NCBI GenBank assembly: GCA_947085185.1
Contig: CAMTVK010000007.1
Location: 32,001 to 96,000, forward strand
DNA: 64,000 nt
Direction of reading: 5' to 3'
From: Candidatus Fraserbacteria bacterium
Lineage (GTDB): Bacteria > Bipolaricaulota > Bipolaricaulia > RBG-16-55-9 > DRXL01
Part shown: positions 19,005 through 28,388 of the stretch, one piece after another
Numbering within the stretch: position 1 is the stretch's first letter
Layout: every line of letters begins with the position of its first letter
Position numbers and translations under genes: made by a program
Notes under the pieces: model-generated
The model's input: the letters and a program-made list of their open reading frames with translations, nothing else
Told to the model about the DNA's origin: nothing
Databases searched by the model: none

Positions 19005-20345
19005 TCACCCCTTGGTGAGAAACTTCGCGATCCCTTGCGCCGCGAGCTTCCCGTCTCTCACGGCTTCGACGACGGTAGCGCCGCCGTTGATGCAATCGCC
19101 GCCGGCAAAGTATTTCTCTCGGTTCGTCTGAAAATTCTCGTGCACTTTCACAAGGCCGCCCTCGGTCTCCAGGCCCAACGCGTTAAAGAGCTCGACCCGC
19201 TTCTCTTGCCCGATCGCTTTGATAACCGTGTCGACTTCTAAAGTGAACTCGGTGCCGGGGACGGGCTGCGGGGCTGGGCGACCGGACTTGTCTGGCGTTC
19301 CCAACTTCATATGAATACATTCGATCTGTCTGACCTTGCCGTCGCCAAGGAGGCGCACAGGGGCCGTCAAGAAGTAGAAGTGGACGCCCTCCTTGCGCGC
19401 CGCTTTGACTTCATACTTGAACGCAGGCATCTCACGCTCGGTGCGCCGATAGAGCACCATCACGTCGGTCGCGCCCAGGCGCACCGCCTCGCGCGCCACG
19501 TCAATCGCCGTGTTGCCCCCTCCGATGACCGCGACCGTCGGGCCGATCTTAGGAGGATGCCCCTCCTTGATGCGCTCAATAAACTCAAGCGCATCCCAGA
19601 CCCCCAAGAGCTCTTCCCCTGGGATGCGCGCCTTCGCGTCCGCTCCCAAGCCGACCCCAAGAAAGATCGCATGGTGGCGACGCTCCAACTCCTCACGAGA
19701 GATGTCTTTGCCAACAGTCACGCCGTAGTGGAGCTTAACCCCCAAGCGTTCGATCATAGCGACTTCAGCGGGCAGTGGGTCTTTCATCTGTTTGTAGGGA
19801 GCGATGGCAGACGTGACCAAGCCCCCAGGTTCATGCCGACTCTCGTAGACCACGACTTCATAGCCGAGTTTGGCCAGCTCTGCCGCGCAGGCCAACCCCG
19901 CCGGCCCCGCCCCAACGACCCCGATGCTCCAGGGCTTCCACGACGGGCGCGCAAAGAAATTGAGCTGCCGCGAGAGCGCCACGTCCGTCGCATAGCGCTG
20001 CAGACGCCCGATGGAGACAGCGCGTCGTCCTTCTTTGGTGAGTACGCAGGCACCCTCACAGAGCTCCTCGACAGGACAGACGCGCGCGCAGCTGCCTCCT
20101 AAGATATTGGCCTCAAAGATAAGCCGAGCGGCCTCCTCAGGACGCCCCTCGCGGATCGCTCGGATGAACTGGGGGACGGGGACGCGCGCTGGACAAGCCG
20201 CAACGCACGGAGCAGGCGCATACGGACCTCCACACTCCAAACAACGATCAGATTCGATCTGAGCGGTGGCGTCATCGAGAGGCGGATGGATCTCTTGATA
20301 GATCGGAGGTAGTGGCCCTTGTCGTGAGCCCAATAAGACGCTCAT
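19005..20345 (-). CDS. GltD/PreT-like FAD and Fe-S NAD(P)-dependent oxidoreductase
   Basis: CLEC..PCVAACP, CARVCP, GAGPAG, GGGNTAID, YRR, AGGD. Confidence 0.88.
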   Translation of the reverse strand: MSVLLGSRQGPLPPIYQEIHPPLDDATAQIESDRCLECGGPYAPAPCVAACPARVPVPQFIRAIREGRPEEAARLIFEANILGGSCARVCPVEELCEGACVLTKEGRRAVSIGRLQRYATDVALSRQLNFFARPSWKPWSIGVVGAGPAGLACAAELAKLGYEVVVYESRHEPGGLVTSAIAPYKQMKDPLPAEVAMIERLGVKLHYGVTVGKDISREELERRHHAIFLGVGLGADAKARIPGEELLGVWDALEFIERIKEGHPPKIGPTVAVIGGGNTAIDVAREAVRLGATDVMVLYRRTEREMPAFKYEVKAARKEGVHFYFLTAPVRLLGDGKVRQIECIHMKLGTPDKSGRPAPQPVPGTEFTLEVDTVIKAIGQEKRVELFNALGLETEGGLVKVHENFQTNREKYFAGGDCINGGATVVEAVRDGKLAAQGIAKFLTKG

Positions 20346-20403
20346 GCAGCCCCCTTTCGTTCCAGCTCTGAAGCTATCTTAGGGGGCTTGGGCGACTTAA
20401 GCC

Positions 20404-20439
20404 ATGATGTCGGTCATCACTATTATTGATCAAAATCAA
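20404..20439. promoter_or_regulatory. candidate tandem Fnr/Crp-family sites upstream of the gltD-por-kor-gdh operon
   Basis: TTGAT-caaa-ATCAA (20426-20439, exact FNR consensus) and ATGAT-gtcg-GTCAT (20404-20417); -10 TAAGAT at 20376-20381 (minus). Confidence 0.55.
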
Positions 20440-20465
20440 ACGGGACGGCCTGGGGGGCCGTCCCG
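20431..20465 (-). terminator. intrinsic terminator
   Basis: 10-bp perfect stem cgggacggcc/ggccgtcccg followed on minus by TTTGATTTT. Confidence 0.75.
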
Positions 20466-20559
20466 CGGGAAAGGGGGTTCCGACCTGATAGGAATCCCTA
20501 TCAGGTCGCTTCCAGGGATGAGGTAGGGATAATGACGCTCACGCTCCCTGGATCAATCT

Positions 20560-20748
20560 TTACAGCGCCTTGCTTTTGCGAATCCACTCGTACCCAACCC
20601 AACCGCCAATGACAAAAGCCAGAAGCACCAAGATGAAGACCATCTCTGGCCCGCTGGGCTGGAAAGAATTCGTTTGCTGGGCCATGCCGATACGATCCAC
20701 GGTGAGGCCGACCAAGCTCCCACCGAGTATGCGCACTGCCTTGCTCAT
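20560..20748 (-). CDS. small membrane protein (62 aa)
   Basis: RBS AAGGGGG, own consensus promoter, C-terminal TM helix and basic tail. Confidence 0.65.
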   Translation of the reverse strand: MSKAVRILGGSLVGLTVDRIGMAQQTNSFQPSGPEMVFILVLLAFVIGGWVGYEWIRKSKAL

Positions 20749-20780
20749 GAGACCCCCTTGTCAAACTTTATGAGCTCATT

Positions 20781-20810
20781 ATTATAGCCTGTTGGGGAAG
20801 CTAAAGTCAA
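20781..20810 (-). promoter_or_regulatory. sigma70-type promoter of the 62-aa ORF
   Basis: TTGACT-N18-TATAAT. Confidence 0.7.
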
Positions 20811-20849
20811 GTTTGGAATAATTCAGATCCCTTGCGAGAAATTTTTATT

Positions 20850-22157
20850 TTACCGCCACAGATTCTGCTCTTCTCCAGGGCCCACAGAGATCATCGAGAT
20901 GGGGATGCCGAGCTCATCTTCGATGAGCTGCACGTAGTGTTGGGCTGCTTTGGGGAGCTCGGAGAACTCTCGGCAATCCGAGAGCGGTTCCTCCCAGCCA
21001 GGCACTCGTTCGTAGATGGGCTCGCACTCTTGGAGGATCTCACAGACGGTGGGGAAGTCGTGCAGGACGCTCCCGTGATAGCGATAGCGGGTCGCTATAG
21101 GGATCTCAGCGAAGCCGCTGAGCACGTCGAGCTTGGTGAGGGCCAGCTCCGTGAAGCCGTTGACCATAGTAGCATAGCGCAGGGCGACGAGATCGAGCCA
21201 GCCGCAGCGGCGCGGCCGCCCTGTGGTCGTGCCGAACTCATGCCCTTGGACGCGCAAGCGCTCCCCAGCGCCGTCAAGCGCCTCCGTGGGAAACGGCCCA
21301 TAGCCCACTCGGGTCGTATACGCCTTGGCCACTCCAATCACCCGACCGACTCGCTGCGGCGGCACCCCAGCCCCAGTCCCAATCCCGCCAATAGTCGGCG
21401 TCGAAGACGTCACATACGGATACGTCCCCAGGTCGAGATCGAGTAAAGTCGCTTGAGCCCCTTCAAAGATTATATATTTATTCTGATCCAGAGCGTCGTT
21501 GAGCAAGCGCACGGTGTCTACAATGCGATCCCGAAAGCTCTCGGAGAGCCGCAGCACGTCTTCGGCGAGCGCATCGGCGCGCAGGCGCACAAGCTCAGGC
21601 TGATCGGGCCAAAGTCTCTGATAGCGCTCCAAGACAGCCGCGAGTCTTTCCGCAAATCTCTGGGGGAAGAGCAAGTCCGACATTCTCAGTCCGATGCGGG
21701 CAGCCTTATCACGATAAGCTGGGCCGATTCCCTTGGCGGTCGTATCGAGGGCCGTCTGGGAGCCCTCGAGTCTCTCAACAATGGGATGATAGGGCAGAAG
21801 GAGATGCGCGTTGGAGCTGATAGAGATCTGGGGCTCGCTGCCGCGCAGCTCACGGAGCGCATTGAGCTCTTGGACGAGCGCGTAAGGGTCAATGACCATG
21901 CCGTGGGCCAAGACCCCAGCACAGCCCTCATGGAGCGCTCCGGAGGGGATCAAATGAAACTTAAACTCTTGCGCTGTCTGGTCGCTTTCTGCTCCTGCTC
22001 CGACCGTCAGGGGGACGCGGCTGGCAACCACACGATGTCCGGCATTGGTACCCCCGTTGAAACGCACACAATAGTCGGCGCCTCTGCAAAGCACATGGAC
22101 GATCTTGCCCTTGCCCTCATCGCCCCATTGAGCGCCCAAGACAGCTACAGCTGGCAT
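20850..22157 (-). CDS. purA: adenylosuccinate synthetase
   Basis: GAQWGDEGKGK, GIGPAY, EFGTTTGRPRRCGW, TKLDVL. Confidence 0.97.
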   Translation of the reverse strand: MPAVAVLGAQWGDEGKGKIVHVLCRGADYCVRFNGGTNAGHRVVASRVPLTVGAGAESDQTAQEFKFHLIPSGALHEGCAGVLAHGMVIDPYALVQELNALRELRGSEPQISISSNAHLLLPYHPIVERLEGSQTALDTTAKGIGPAYRDKAARIGLRMSDLLFPQRFAERLAAVLERYQRLWPDQPELVRLRADALAEDVLRLSESFRDRIVDTVRLLNDALDQNKYIIFEGAQATLLDLDLGTYPYVTSSTPTIGGIGTGAGVPPQRVGRVIGVAKAYTTRVGYGPFPTEALDGAGERLRVQGHEFGTTTGRPRRCGWLDLVALRYATMVNGFTELALTKLDVLSGFAEIPIATRYRYHGSVLHDFPTVCEILQECEPIYERVPGWEEPLSDCREFSELPKAAQHYVQLIEDELGIPISMISVGPGEEQNLWR

Positions 22158-22912
22158 AGCATCACGTCCTCACTGGCGAGCTCGCGCACGCCCTCTGGAG
22201 TGCGCACGACCAGTGTACCCGATCGCCCTAGCCCAAGCACCTTGGCTTCTATCTTGCTCTTTGTGTCCGTCAGGATCGCGATGCGCTTGGGAAGCACCGA
22301 GAGCTCTTGCCAATATGTACGGACAAAATCGAATCCCTCTGAGAGAAATCGCTCGTAGCTCTGCGCCATGGCCCATAAAGCTATCTCAAAGAACTCCCCG
22401 AGAGAGACGGGCTTGCCCAACTCACGAGCCAGGGATGTCGCTGGGATGCGCGTCTCTTTGGGCAGCTCGTTATTGACGTTGACGCCAATCCCGGCGATGA
22501 GCCACTCAATCGTGTGGGCACGGCTGCTCAGCTCGAGCAAAATTCCCCCAAGCTTGTGATACTTCACCCCGGCCCCGCCAAGGGAGAGGGAATGGGGGTG
22601 AGGTACATACAGATCGTTGGGCCACTTGACGCCCACGCCCAGCCCCCAGCGCTCTCTCAGCGCTTGCGCCAGCGAGACCGCGATGAGCATCGCGATACAA
22701 CTGGCTTGCTCAACTGGGATCGGCGGCCTCAAGAGGATCGAGAACCATGCGCCACCCCACGATGACGTCCAGCTGCGCCCCCAGCGGCCCTTCCCGGCTG
22801 TCTGCTCGCGCGCGATGATCACCGTCCCTTCGGGAGCTCCAGAGCATGCCAGCTCTCTCAGATATTCATTGGTCGAGCCCAGCTTGGGAAATATCTCAAT
22901 CTGATAGGTCAT
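22145..22912 (-). CDS. birA: biotin-protein ligase (no HTH)
   Basis: STN, QTAGKGRWGRSW, KWPND, KLGGIL, GIGVN. Confidence 0.93.
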   Translation of the reverse strand: MTYQIEIFPKLGSTNEYLRELACSGAPEGTVIIAREQTAGKGRWGRSWTSSWGGAWFSILLRPPIPVEQASCIAMLIAVSLAQALRERWGLGVGVKWPNDLYVPHPHSLSLGGAGVKYHKLGGILLELSSRAHTIEWLIAGIGVNVNNELPKETRIPATSLARELGKPVSLGEFFEIALWAMAQSYERFLSEGFDFVRTYWQELSVLPKRIAILTDTKSKIEAKVLGLGRSGTLVVRTPEGVRELASEDVMLCQL

Positions 22913-25900
22913 CGTGTGCGCACCAGGCCGATCTTGGCGGGATGGCCATTGACATCGAGTTCCTTAGTGAACTCGACCCTCTCAAAAGAGCTGTTGCGCT
23001 GCAGCGTGACTGCCAGGGTCTCTTCTTGAATGGCCTTCGCAGACCGCTCGATCGCTGCCTGAAGTTCTTGGTCAGCCTCGTAGTAGAGCTCAATGCGATC
23101 GGAGACTTCAAAGCCCGCTTCTTTTCGGCTCTCTTGCACAAGTCTGATGAACTCCCGCATCAAGCCCTCTTGGCGCAGCTCATCGTCAATCTGGGTGTTG
23201 ATCAAGACCTTCACGTCGCCCTCAGCGCCTTCAGCAAAGCCCTCGCGCGGAACAAGCACGACGCGCACATGCGTACCCTCGACAAGCTCGATCTCCTGGC
23301 CTTCTACGGCCAGGCGCAGCCTCTTTTGGGCTTTCAGCTCCCCTGCAAGCTGCACACGCTTGTCATGATCAGCCCCGTTCAGCTCCTCTAGGACAGCCAG
23401 AGCTTTAGGGGCTAAACCGCGAAGATCCTTCCCCAGCGCAGACTTCTCGTATGCAAACTTGGGAGTATAGAACGCATACAGCTTCTCTTCGGTGATCCAT
23501 TCGAGCTTCTTCACGTTCAACTCCCGCTTAATTAAATCCAGATAGGCTTGTTCAAGTGGCGGTCTTCTCTCAAGCACGATAGCGCCAGACAGCGGCTGTC
23601 GGACCTTGATCTGCACTCTATTGCGCGCTTGCAGGCCTGCCGTGACGATCTGCCGCGCCCGCTCCATCTGCCTTTCAAGTTCCGTATCGCGCAGGGACTC
23701 GTTCACCGACGGCCACTCGCACAGATGGACGCTCTCGGGCATCTCTTCTGTCTTTAAATTCTGATAGATCGCCTCGGCCAAGAAGGGCACAAACGGCGCA
23801 AGCAGCTTGGCAAAATCTACCAAGATTTCGTAGAGCGTCATGTACGCGGAAGTCTTATCAGCGTTCCACCCACTGCCCCAAAAGCGTGCCCGAGAATTCC
23901 GCACGTACCAATTGCTGAGGTCGTCCACGAACGTCTTGATTGCTCCTGTAGCCGCGACAGGGTCGTACTCGTCCAGCGCTTTTGTAGTCACGCTCACCGT
24001 GTGAGAAAAGCGCGAAAGAATCCAGCGATCAAGCAAAGCGCGCTCTGACAGACTCTGTCGCGCGGGATCAAAATCATCTATCTTCGCGTAGAGCGCGAAG
24101 AAGTTATAGACATTGCGCACGGTCTCCAAGACCCCGCGCGCTTCGACGACTTCCTTGGGATCAAGCCGCCGGTCACGCCACGGCGCGCTCCCCGCATAGA
24201 AGAACCAGCGCACGGCATCCGCGCCGTAGACGTTCACCACATCCCAAGGGTCGAGCACGTTGCCCAAGCTCTTGGACATCTTCTTGCCCGATTCGTCCAA
24301 GCCCATCCCCGTCACCACCACGTGCTTATACGGATGGGGATAGGGATGCTCTTCGTAAAGCAGCGTGCTTGTGACTAAGAGCGAGTAGAACCAGCCGCGC
24401 GTCTGGTCAATCCCTTCGGCAATGAAATCTGCAGGGAACTGCTCTGCAAAGAGCTCTTGGTTTTCGAAGGGGTAATGCCATTGGGCAGTGTGCATCATCC
24501 CCGAATCGAACCAACAGTCAATGACATAGGGGACGCGGCGCATCGTGCCGCCACACGAACACTTCAAGAGCACATCGTCAATCCAAGGACGATGAAACTC
24601 GACGGAGCGCGCGCGCTCCCCCTCGACAGCTAAGTCCACAAGCTCTTGGCGGCTCCCAATACAATGCTCTCTGCGACACTGCTCGCACACCCATAAGGGC
24701 AAGGGCGTCCCCCAGTAGCGGTCGCGCGAGAGCGCCCAGTCTTTCATAGTCTCTAAGAAATTACCAAAGCGCCCATCGCGAAAGTGCTCCGGATGCCAGC
24801 GAATCTGTTTGTTGTTCTCGATGATCTGCTTCTGTTTGGCGGTCGTCTTGATGAAGTACGAATCCAAAGCATAGTAGAGCAGCGGGGTCTTGCAGCGCCA
24901 ACAGAACGGATAATCGTGCTCGTACCTCCCAGACTTATAGAGCACCCCACGTTGCTTGAGATCTTGGATGATGAGGGCGTCGGCGTCTTTGACAAACTTC
25001 CCTGCAGCCAATGGGAATTCTTCGGTGAACTTCCCTTCTAAGTCCACAGGGTTGACGAAGGGCAGCCCTTCAGCCTGTCCAAGTTGATAGTCCTCCTCGC
25101 CGAACGCCGGCGCAATATGCACAATGCCCGTGCCTTCTTTGAGTGAGACAAAATCTGCCGCGACGACGCGATAAGCTCTAGGGTCGTTGCTCAGTCTATA
25201 AGCGGGTTCGTAGCGCCAGCCCACAAGCTCTGCCCCGCGCATCGTGCCGACGATCTGAGGAGTGTGCTTCCCCAAGATGGGCTCGACAAGTTCTTGGGCG
25301 AGAATGAAGATCTCTTCGCCGACTTTGGCCAGAGCATACGTATAGTCGGGGCCGACAGCCAGCGCGACGTTGCTGGGCACCGTCCAGGGGGTCGTCGTCC
25401 AGACAAGAAACCAGACTTCGTCTGGACTATTCGCCGTGCCGCCTTCGGCGGCACGATGTACAGTCCAGGCGAAGCCTGGCCAGCCTCTGGCCGGCGAAGA
25501 TGAATGGTCTAGGCGGAGCCTAGCCTGGAGTTTGAGGAAGATGGACGGGTCTTTGACGGTCTCGTAGCCTTGAGCAACTTCGTGGGAGCTGAGAGGCGTG
25601 CCGCAGCGTGGGCAGTAGGGCAGAACTTTATGCCCTTTATACAGCAAGCCCTTCTCCCAGATCCTCTTGAGCGCCCACCATACCGACTCAATATAGTCGT
25701 TGGTGTACGTGATATATGCGTTCTCTTGGTCGTACCAGAAGCCCATTCTGGGGTCGAAGGCGATCCAGTCGTTCTTATACTTCCAGACGTTTTCCTTGCA
25801 TTTTCTCACGAAGTTTTCGACCCCAAACGCCTCGATCTCGCGCTTGCTGTTGAGCCCGAGCTCTTTCTCCACTTTGAGCTCGACGGGCAGGCCGTGGGTA

Positions 25901-26163
25901 TCCCAGCCCCCCTTCTTGATGACATGATACCCTTGCATCAGCTTGTATCTGGGGAAGAGATCTTTATAGACGCGCGGGATGAGATGCCCGAAGTGGGGCT
26001 TATCGTTGGCGGTGGGCGGGCCCTCGTAGAAGACGAAGCGCTTCTTTTCTCTGTGTGGTTCGTTGCGACTCAGGCTCTTTTGGGGAATGATGGCCTGCTC
26101 CCAAAACTGCAGCACGGCTTCTTCGAGCGCCAGGGGGTCTTTGAGCTTCTCGTATTTGGGCAT
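22909..26163 (-). CDS. ileS: isoleucine-tRNA ligase (type 2)
   Basis: EGPPTAN..HFGH, GWDTHGLP, WTTTPWT, DQTRGWF, KMSKS. Confidence 0.96.
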   Translation of the reverse strand: MPKYEKLKDPLALEEAVLQFWEQAIIPQKSLSRNEPHREKKRFVFYEGPPTANDKPHFGHLIPRVYKDLFPRYKLMQGYHVIKKGGWDTHGLPVELKVEKELGLNSKREIEAFGVENFVRKCKENVWKYKNDWIAFDPRMGFWYDQENAYITYTNDYIESVWWALKRIWEKGLLYKGHKVLPYCPRCGTPLSSHEVAQGYETVKDPSIFLKLQARLRLDHSSSPARGWPGFAWTVHRAAEGGTANSPDEVWFLVWTTTPWTVPSNVALAVGPDYTYALAKVGEEIFILAQELVEPILGKHTPQIVGTMRGAELVGWRYEPAYRLSNDPRAYRVVAADFVSLKEGTGIVHIAPAFGEEDYQLGQAEGLPFVNPVDLEGKFTEEFPLAAGKFVKDADALIIQDLKQRGVLYKSGRYEHDYPFCWRCKTPLLYYALDSYFIKTTAKQKQIIENNKQIRWHPEHFRDGRFGNFLETMKDWALSRDRYWGTPLPLWVCEQCRREHCIGSRQELVDLAVEGERARSVEFHRPWIDDVLLKCSCGGTMRRVPYVIDCWFDSGMMHTAQWHYPFENQELFAEQFPADFIAEGIDQTRGWFYSLLVTSTLLYEEHPYPHPYKHVVVTGMGLDESGKKMSKSLGNVLDPWDVVNVYGADAVRWFFYAGSAPWRDRRLDPKEVVEARGVLETVRNVYNFFALYAKIDDFDPARQSLSERALLDRWILSRFSHTVSVTTKALDEYDPVAATGAIKTFVDDLSNWYVRNSRARFWGSGWNADKTSAYMTLYEILVDFAKLLAPFVPFLAEAIYQNLKTEEMPESVHLCEWPSVNESLRDTELERQMERARQIVTAGLQARNRVQIKVRQPLSGAIVLERRPPLEQAYLDLIKRELNVKKLEWITEEKLYAFYTPKFAYEKSALGKDLRGLAPKALAVLEELNGADHDKRVQLAGELKAQKRLRLAVEGQEIELVEGTHVRVVLVPREGFAEGAEGDVKVLINTQIDDELRQEGLMREFIRLVQESRKEAGFEVSDRIELYYEADQELQAAIERSAKAIQEETLAVTLQRNSSFERVEFTKELDVNGHPAKIGLVRTR

Positions 26164-26230
26164 AGCGCAGGCCACCTCCAGTTGACAGTTCTGAGTGAGT
26201 CAGTTTCACACTGACGAACTGACCAAGGGA

Positions 26231-26259
26231 ATGATACTGCACTCTCTGCGGGGCGTCAA
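26231..26259 (-). promoter_or_regulatory. ileS promoter
   Basis: TTGACG-N17-TATCAT. Confidence 0.6.
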
Positions 26260-26260
26260 G

Positions 26261-27046
26261 CTACTCCACAAAGTGCCACGCTATGGCCAGCAGCCCTAGC
26301 ACAAGACAGTATACAGCAAACGGCGTCAAGCGGCGCTCGCGCAGGAACTGCATAAAGAAGCGAATCGCGACGATTCCTGAGAGAAACGCCACGATCGTCC
26401 CGATCACATAGCTGCTCCACAGGGCGCTGTGCGCAGAAGGGTTTGAGAGGGCTTGGGTCAGTTTGAGCAGTGTCGCTCCCAAGATCGCGGGGATGAACAA
26501 CAAGAACGAGAACTCCGCAGCGTCGGTGCGGCGCAACCCGCACAGCAGCCCCAGAGCAATGGTGCTCCCGCTGCGCGAAATCCCCGGAAGCACCGCGACC
26601 CCTTGGGCAAGACCGATCCAGAGCGCCTCACGCCACGTGAGCTGCTCTAGGGATTTAGTGACGTCTCGAAGACGCTCAGCCATAATGAGCACGGCTGCCG
26701 TGACGAGCAGCCCCAGCCCCACCGCCCAACTGCGCACAAACGCCGCCTCGGCCACAGAGTCTAACGCAAGCCCCAAAATGCCCGTGGGAAGAGACCCCAC
26801 GACGAGCAACCCCAACAGCCTCAGATCTGCTCCACCGCGCACGGGCGCCCACACCAACCGAAGTATCCTCTGACGAAAGACCCACAACACCGAGAGCACC
26901 GTGCCAAAGTGCACAAAGATATTGAAGACGATCCCAGGCTTGCGCACCCCAAAGAGCTGTTCAGCGAGTGCCAAGTGCCCCGAACTGCTGATGGGCAGAA
27001 ATTCCGTCAGCCCCTGCAACAGCCCTAAGAGTATAAACGTCAGCAT
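26261..27046 (-). CDS. uppP: undecaprenyl-diphosphate phosphatase
   Basis: QGLTEFLPISSSGHL, PGISRSGST. Confidence 0.95.
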   Translation of the reverse strand: MLTFILLGLLQGLTEFLPISSSGHLALAEQLFGVRKPGIVFNIFVHFGTVLSVLWVFRQRILRLVWAPVRGGADLRLLGLLVVGSLPTGILGLALDSVAEAAFVRSWAVGLGLLVTAAVLIMAERLRDVTKSLEQLTWREALWIGLAQGVAVLPGISRSGSTIALGLLCGLRRTDAAEFSFLLFIPAILGATLLKLTQALSNPSAHSALWSSYVIGTIVAFLSGIVAIRFFMQFLRERRLTPFAVYCLVLGLLAIAWHFVE

Positions 27047-27136
27047 TGCTTATCTTAGCCGACGACTAGCGTGCGCTCAAGGGGCGTGCTATAATGTCAG
27101 ACAAGAATGCTCCGGCTTACCGCCGAGTGAATCTCT

Positions 27137-28306
27137 ATGAGCACATATCTTTTTACTTCTGAATCTGTAGCCGAGGGCCATCCCGATAAGATGTGCGATC
27201 AGATCTCCGACGCGATCTTAGACGCTGTCTTAGCCCAAGACCCCTCCGCCCGCGTCGCGTGCGAGACGTTCGCCACGAACGGACTTGTCCTGATCGCCGG
27301 GGAGATCACCACGACAGCCCGTGTAGACTACGCCGCGATCGCCCGCGAGACCATCCGAAGGATCGGCTATGATAAGCCCGAGTACGGCTTCGACGCCGAT
27401 CACTGTGGAGTGCTCGTCTCCATTCACGAACAATCGCGGGACATCGCACAAGCTGTTATAAAAGAATCTTCAGAGGACCCCTATGACGCCATAGGCGCAG
27501 GGGATCAAGGGATCATGTACGGCTATGCGTGTAAAGAAACTCCCGAGCTGATGCCACTTCCTATCATGCTTGCGCATCAATTAGTACGGAAGCTCGCGGA
27601 GCTGCGGCGCACCAAGAAGCTTCCCTATCTGCGCCCCGACGGGAAATCCCAAGTGACGATCGAATACGACGAGAAGGGCCACCCGGTGCGCGCGCACACC
27701 GTCGTGCTCTCCGCCCAACATACCCCAGACACTTCGCAAGAGCAGATCCGGCGCGATTTGACTGAGTATGTCATTCGGCCCGTCCTGGGAAAGTGGCTCG
27801 ATGCGAAGACAGTTATTCTCATCAATCCATCAGGGCGATTTGAGGTGGGCGGCCCATGCGGCGACACCGGCATGACCGGGCGCAAGATCGAAGTCGACAC
27901 CTATGGGGGCTACGGCAGCCACGGCGGTGGAGCATTTTCTGGGAAAGACCCAACGAAAGTAGACCGTTCAGCCAGTTACTATGCGCGGTACGTCGCGAAG
28001 AATATCGTCGCCGCGGGATTGGCTACAGAATGCGAAGTCCAAGTCGCTTATGCGATCGGGCAAGCCCGCCCCTTGGCGATTACCGTTGACACTTTTGGAA
28101 GCGGAAAACTCCCCAACGGCGAGCTGACACAGATTATCTACGAGCACTTTGACTTCCGTCCCGCCGCGATCATCGAGCACTTCAAGCTACGTCGGCCCAT
28201 CTACACACCACTGGCTGCATATGGGCACTTTGGACGCACCGATCTCGATGTGCCGTGGGAGCGCACTGATAAGACCGAAGCCCTGCGTAAAGCTGCCGGC
28301 TGCTGA
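27137..28306 (+). CDS. metK: S-adenosylmethionine synthetase
   Basis: [26 protein letters not shown]. Confidence 0.98.
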   Translation: MSTYLFTSESVAEGHPDKMCDQISDAILDAVLAQDPSARVACETFATNGLVLIAGEITTTARVDYAAIARETIRRIGYDKPEYGFDADHCGVLVSIHEQSRDIAQAVIKESSEDPYDAIGAGDQGIMYGYACKETPELMPLPIMLAHQLVRKLAELRRTKKLPYLRPDGKSQVTIEYDEKGHPVRAHTVVLSAQHTPDTSQEQIRRDLTEYVIRPVLGKWLDAKTVILINPSGRFEVGGPCGDTGMTGRKIEVDTYGGYGSHGGGAFSGKDPTKVDRSASYYARYVAKNIVAAGLATECEVQVAYAIGQARPLAITVDTFGSGKLPNGELTQIIYEHFDFRPAAIIEHFKLRRPIYTPLAAYGHFGRTDLDVPWERTDKTEALRKAAGC

Positions 28307-28388
28307 CGCCCACGTGATGTCCGTTACATTGTTGGCCTTGTCCGATATGCTATAATGCCCTTAGAGCGTATCTCATGAAGGAGGATAT

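Noticed and set aside
26164..26230. Possible T-box in the ileS leader (hairpin plus GGTGG)
   Set aside because: The leader is only ~60 nt. GGAGGTGGCCTGCG lacks the UGGNACC bulge and is explained by the Shine-Dalgarno sequence.
27096..27136. Possible SAM riboswitch before metK
   Set aside because: Only ~35 nt with one small hairpin, and no SAM-I, SAM-II or SAM-SAH consensus that I can recognise.
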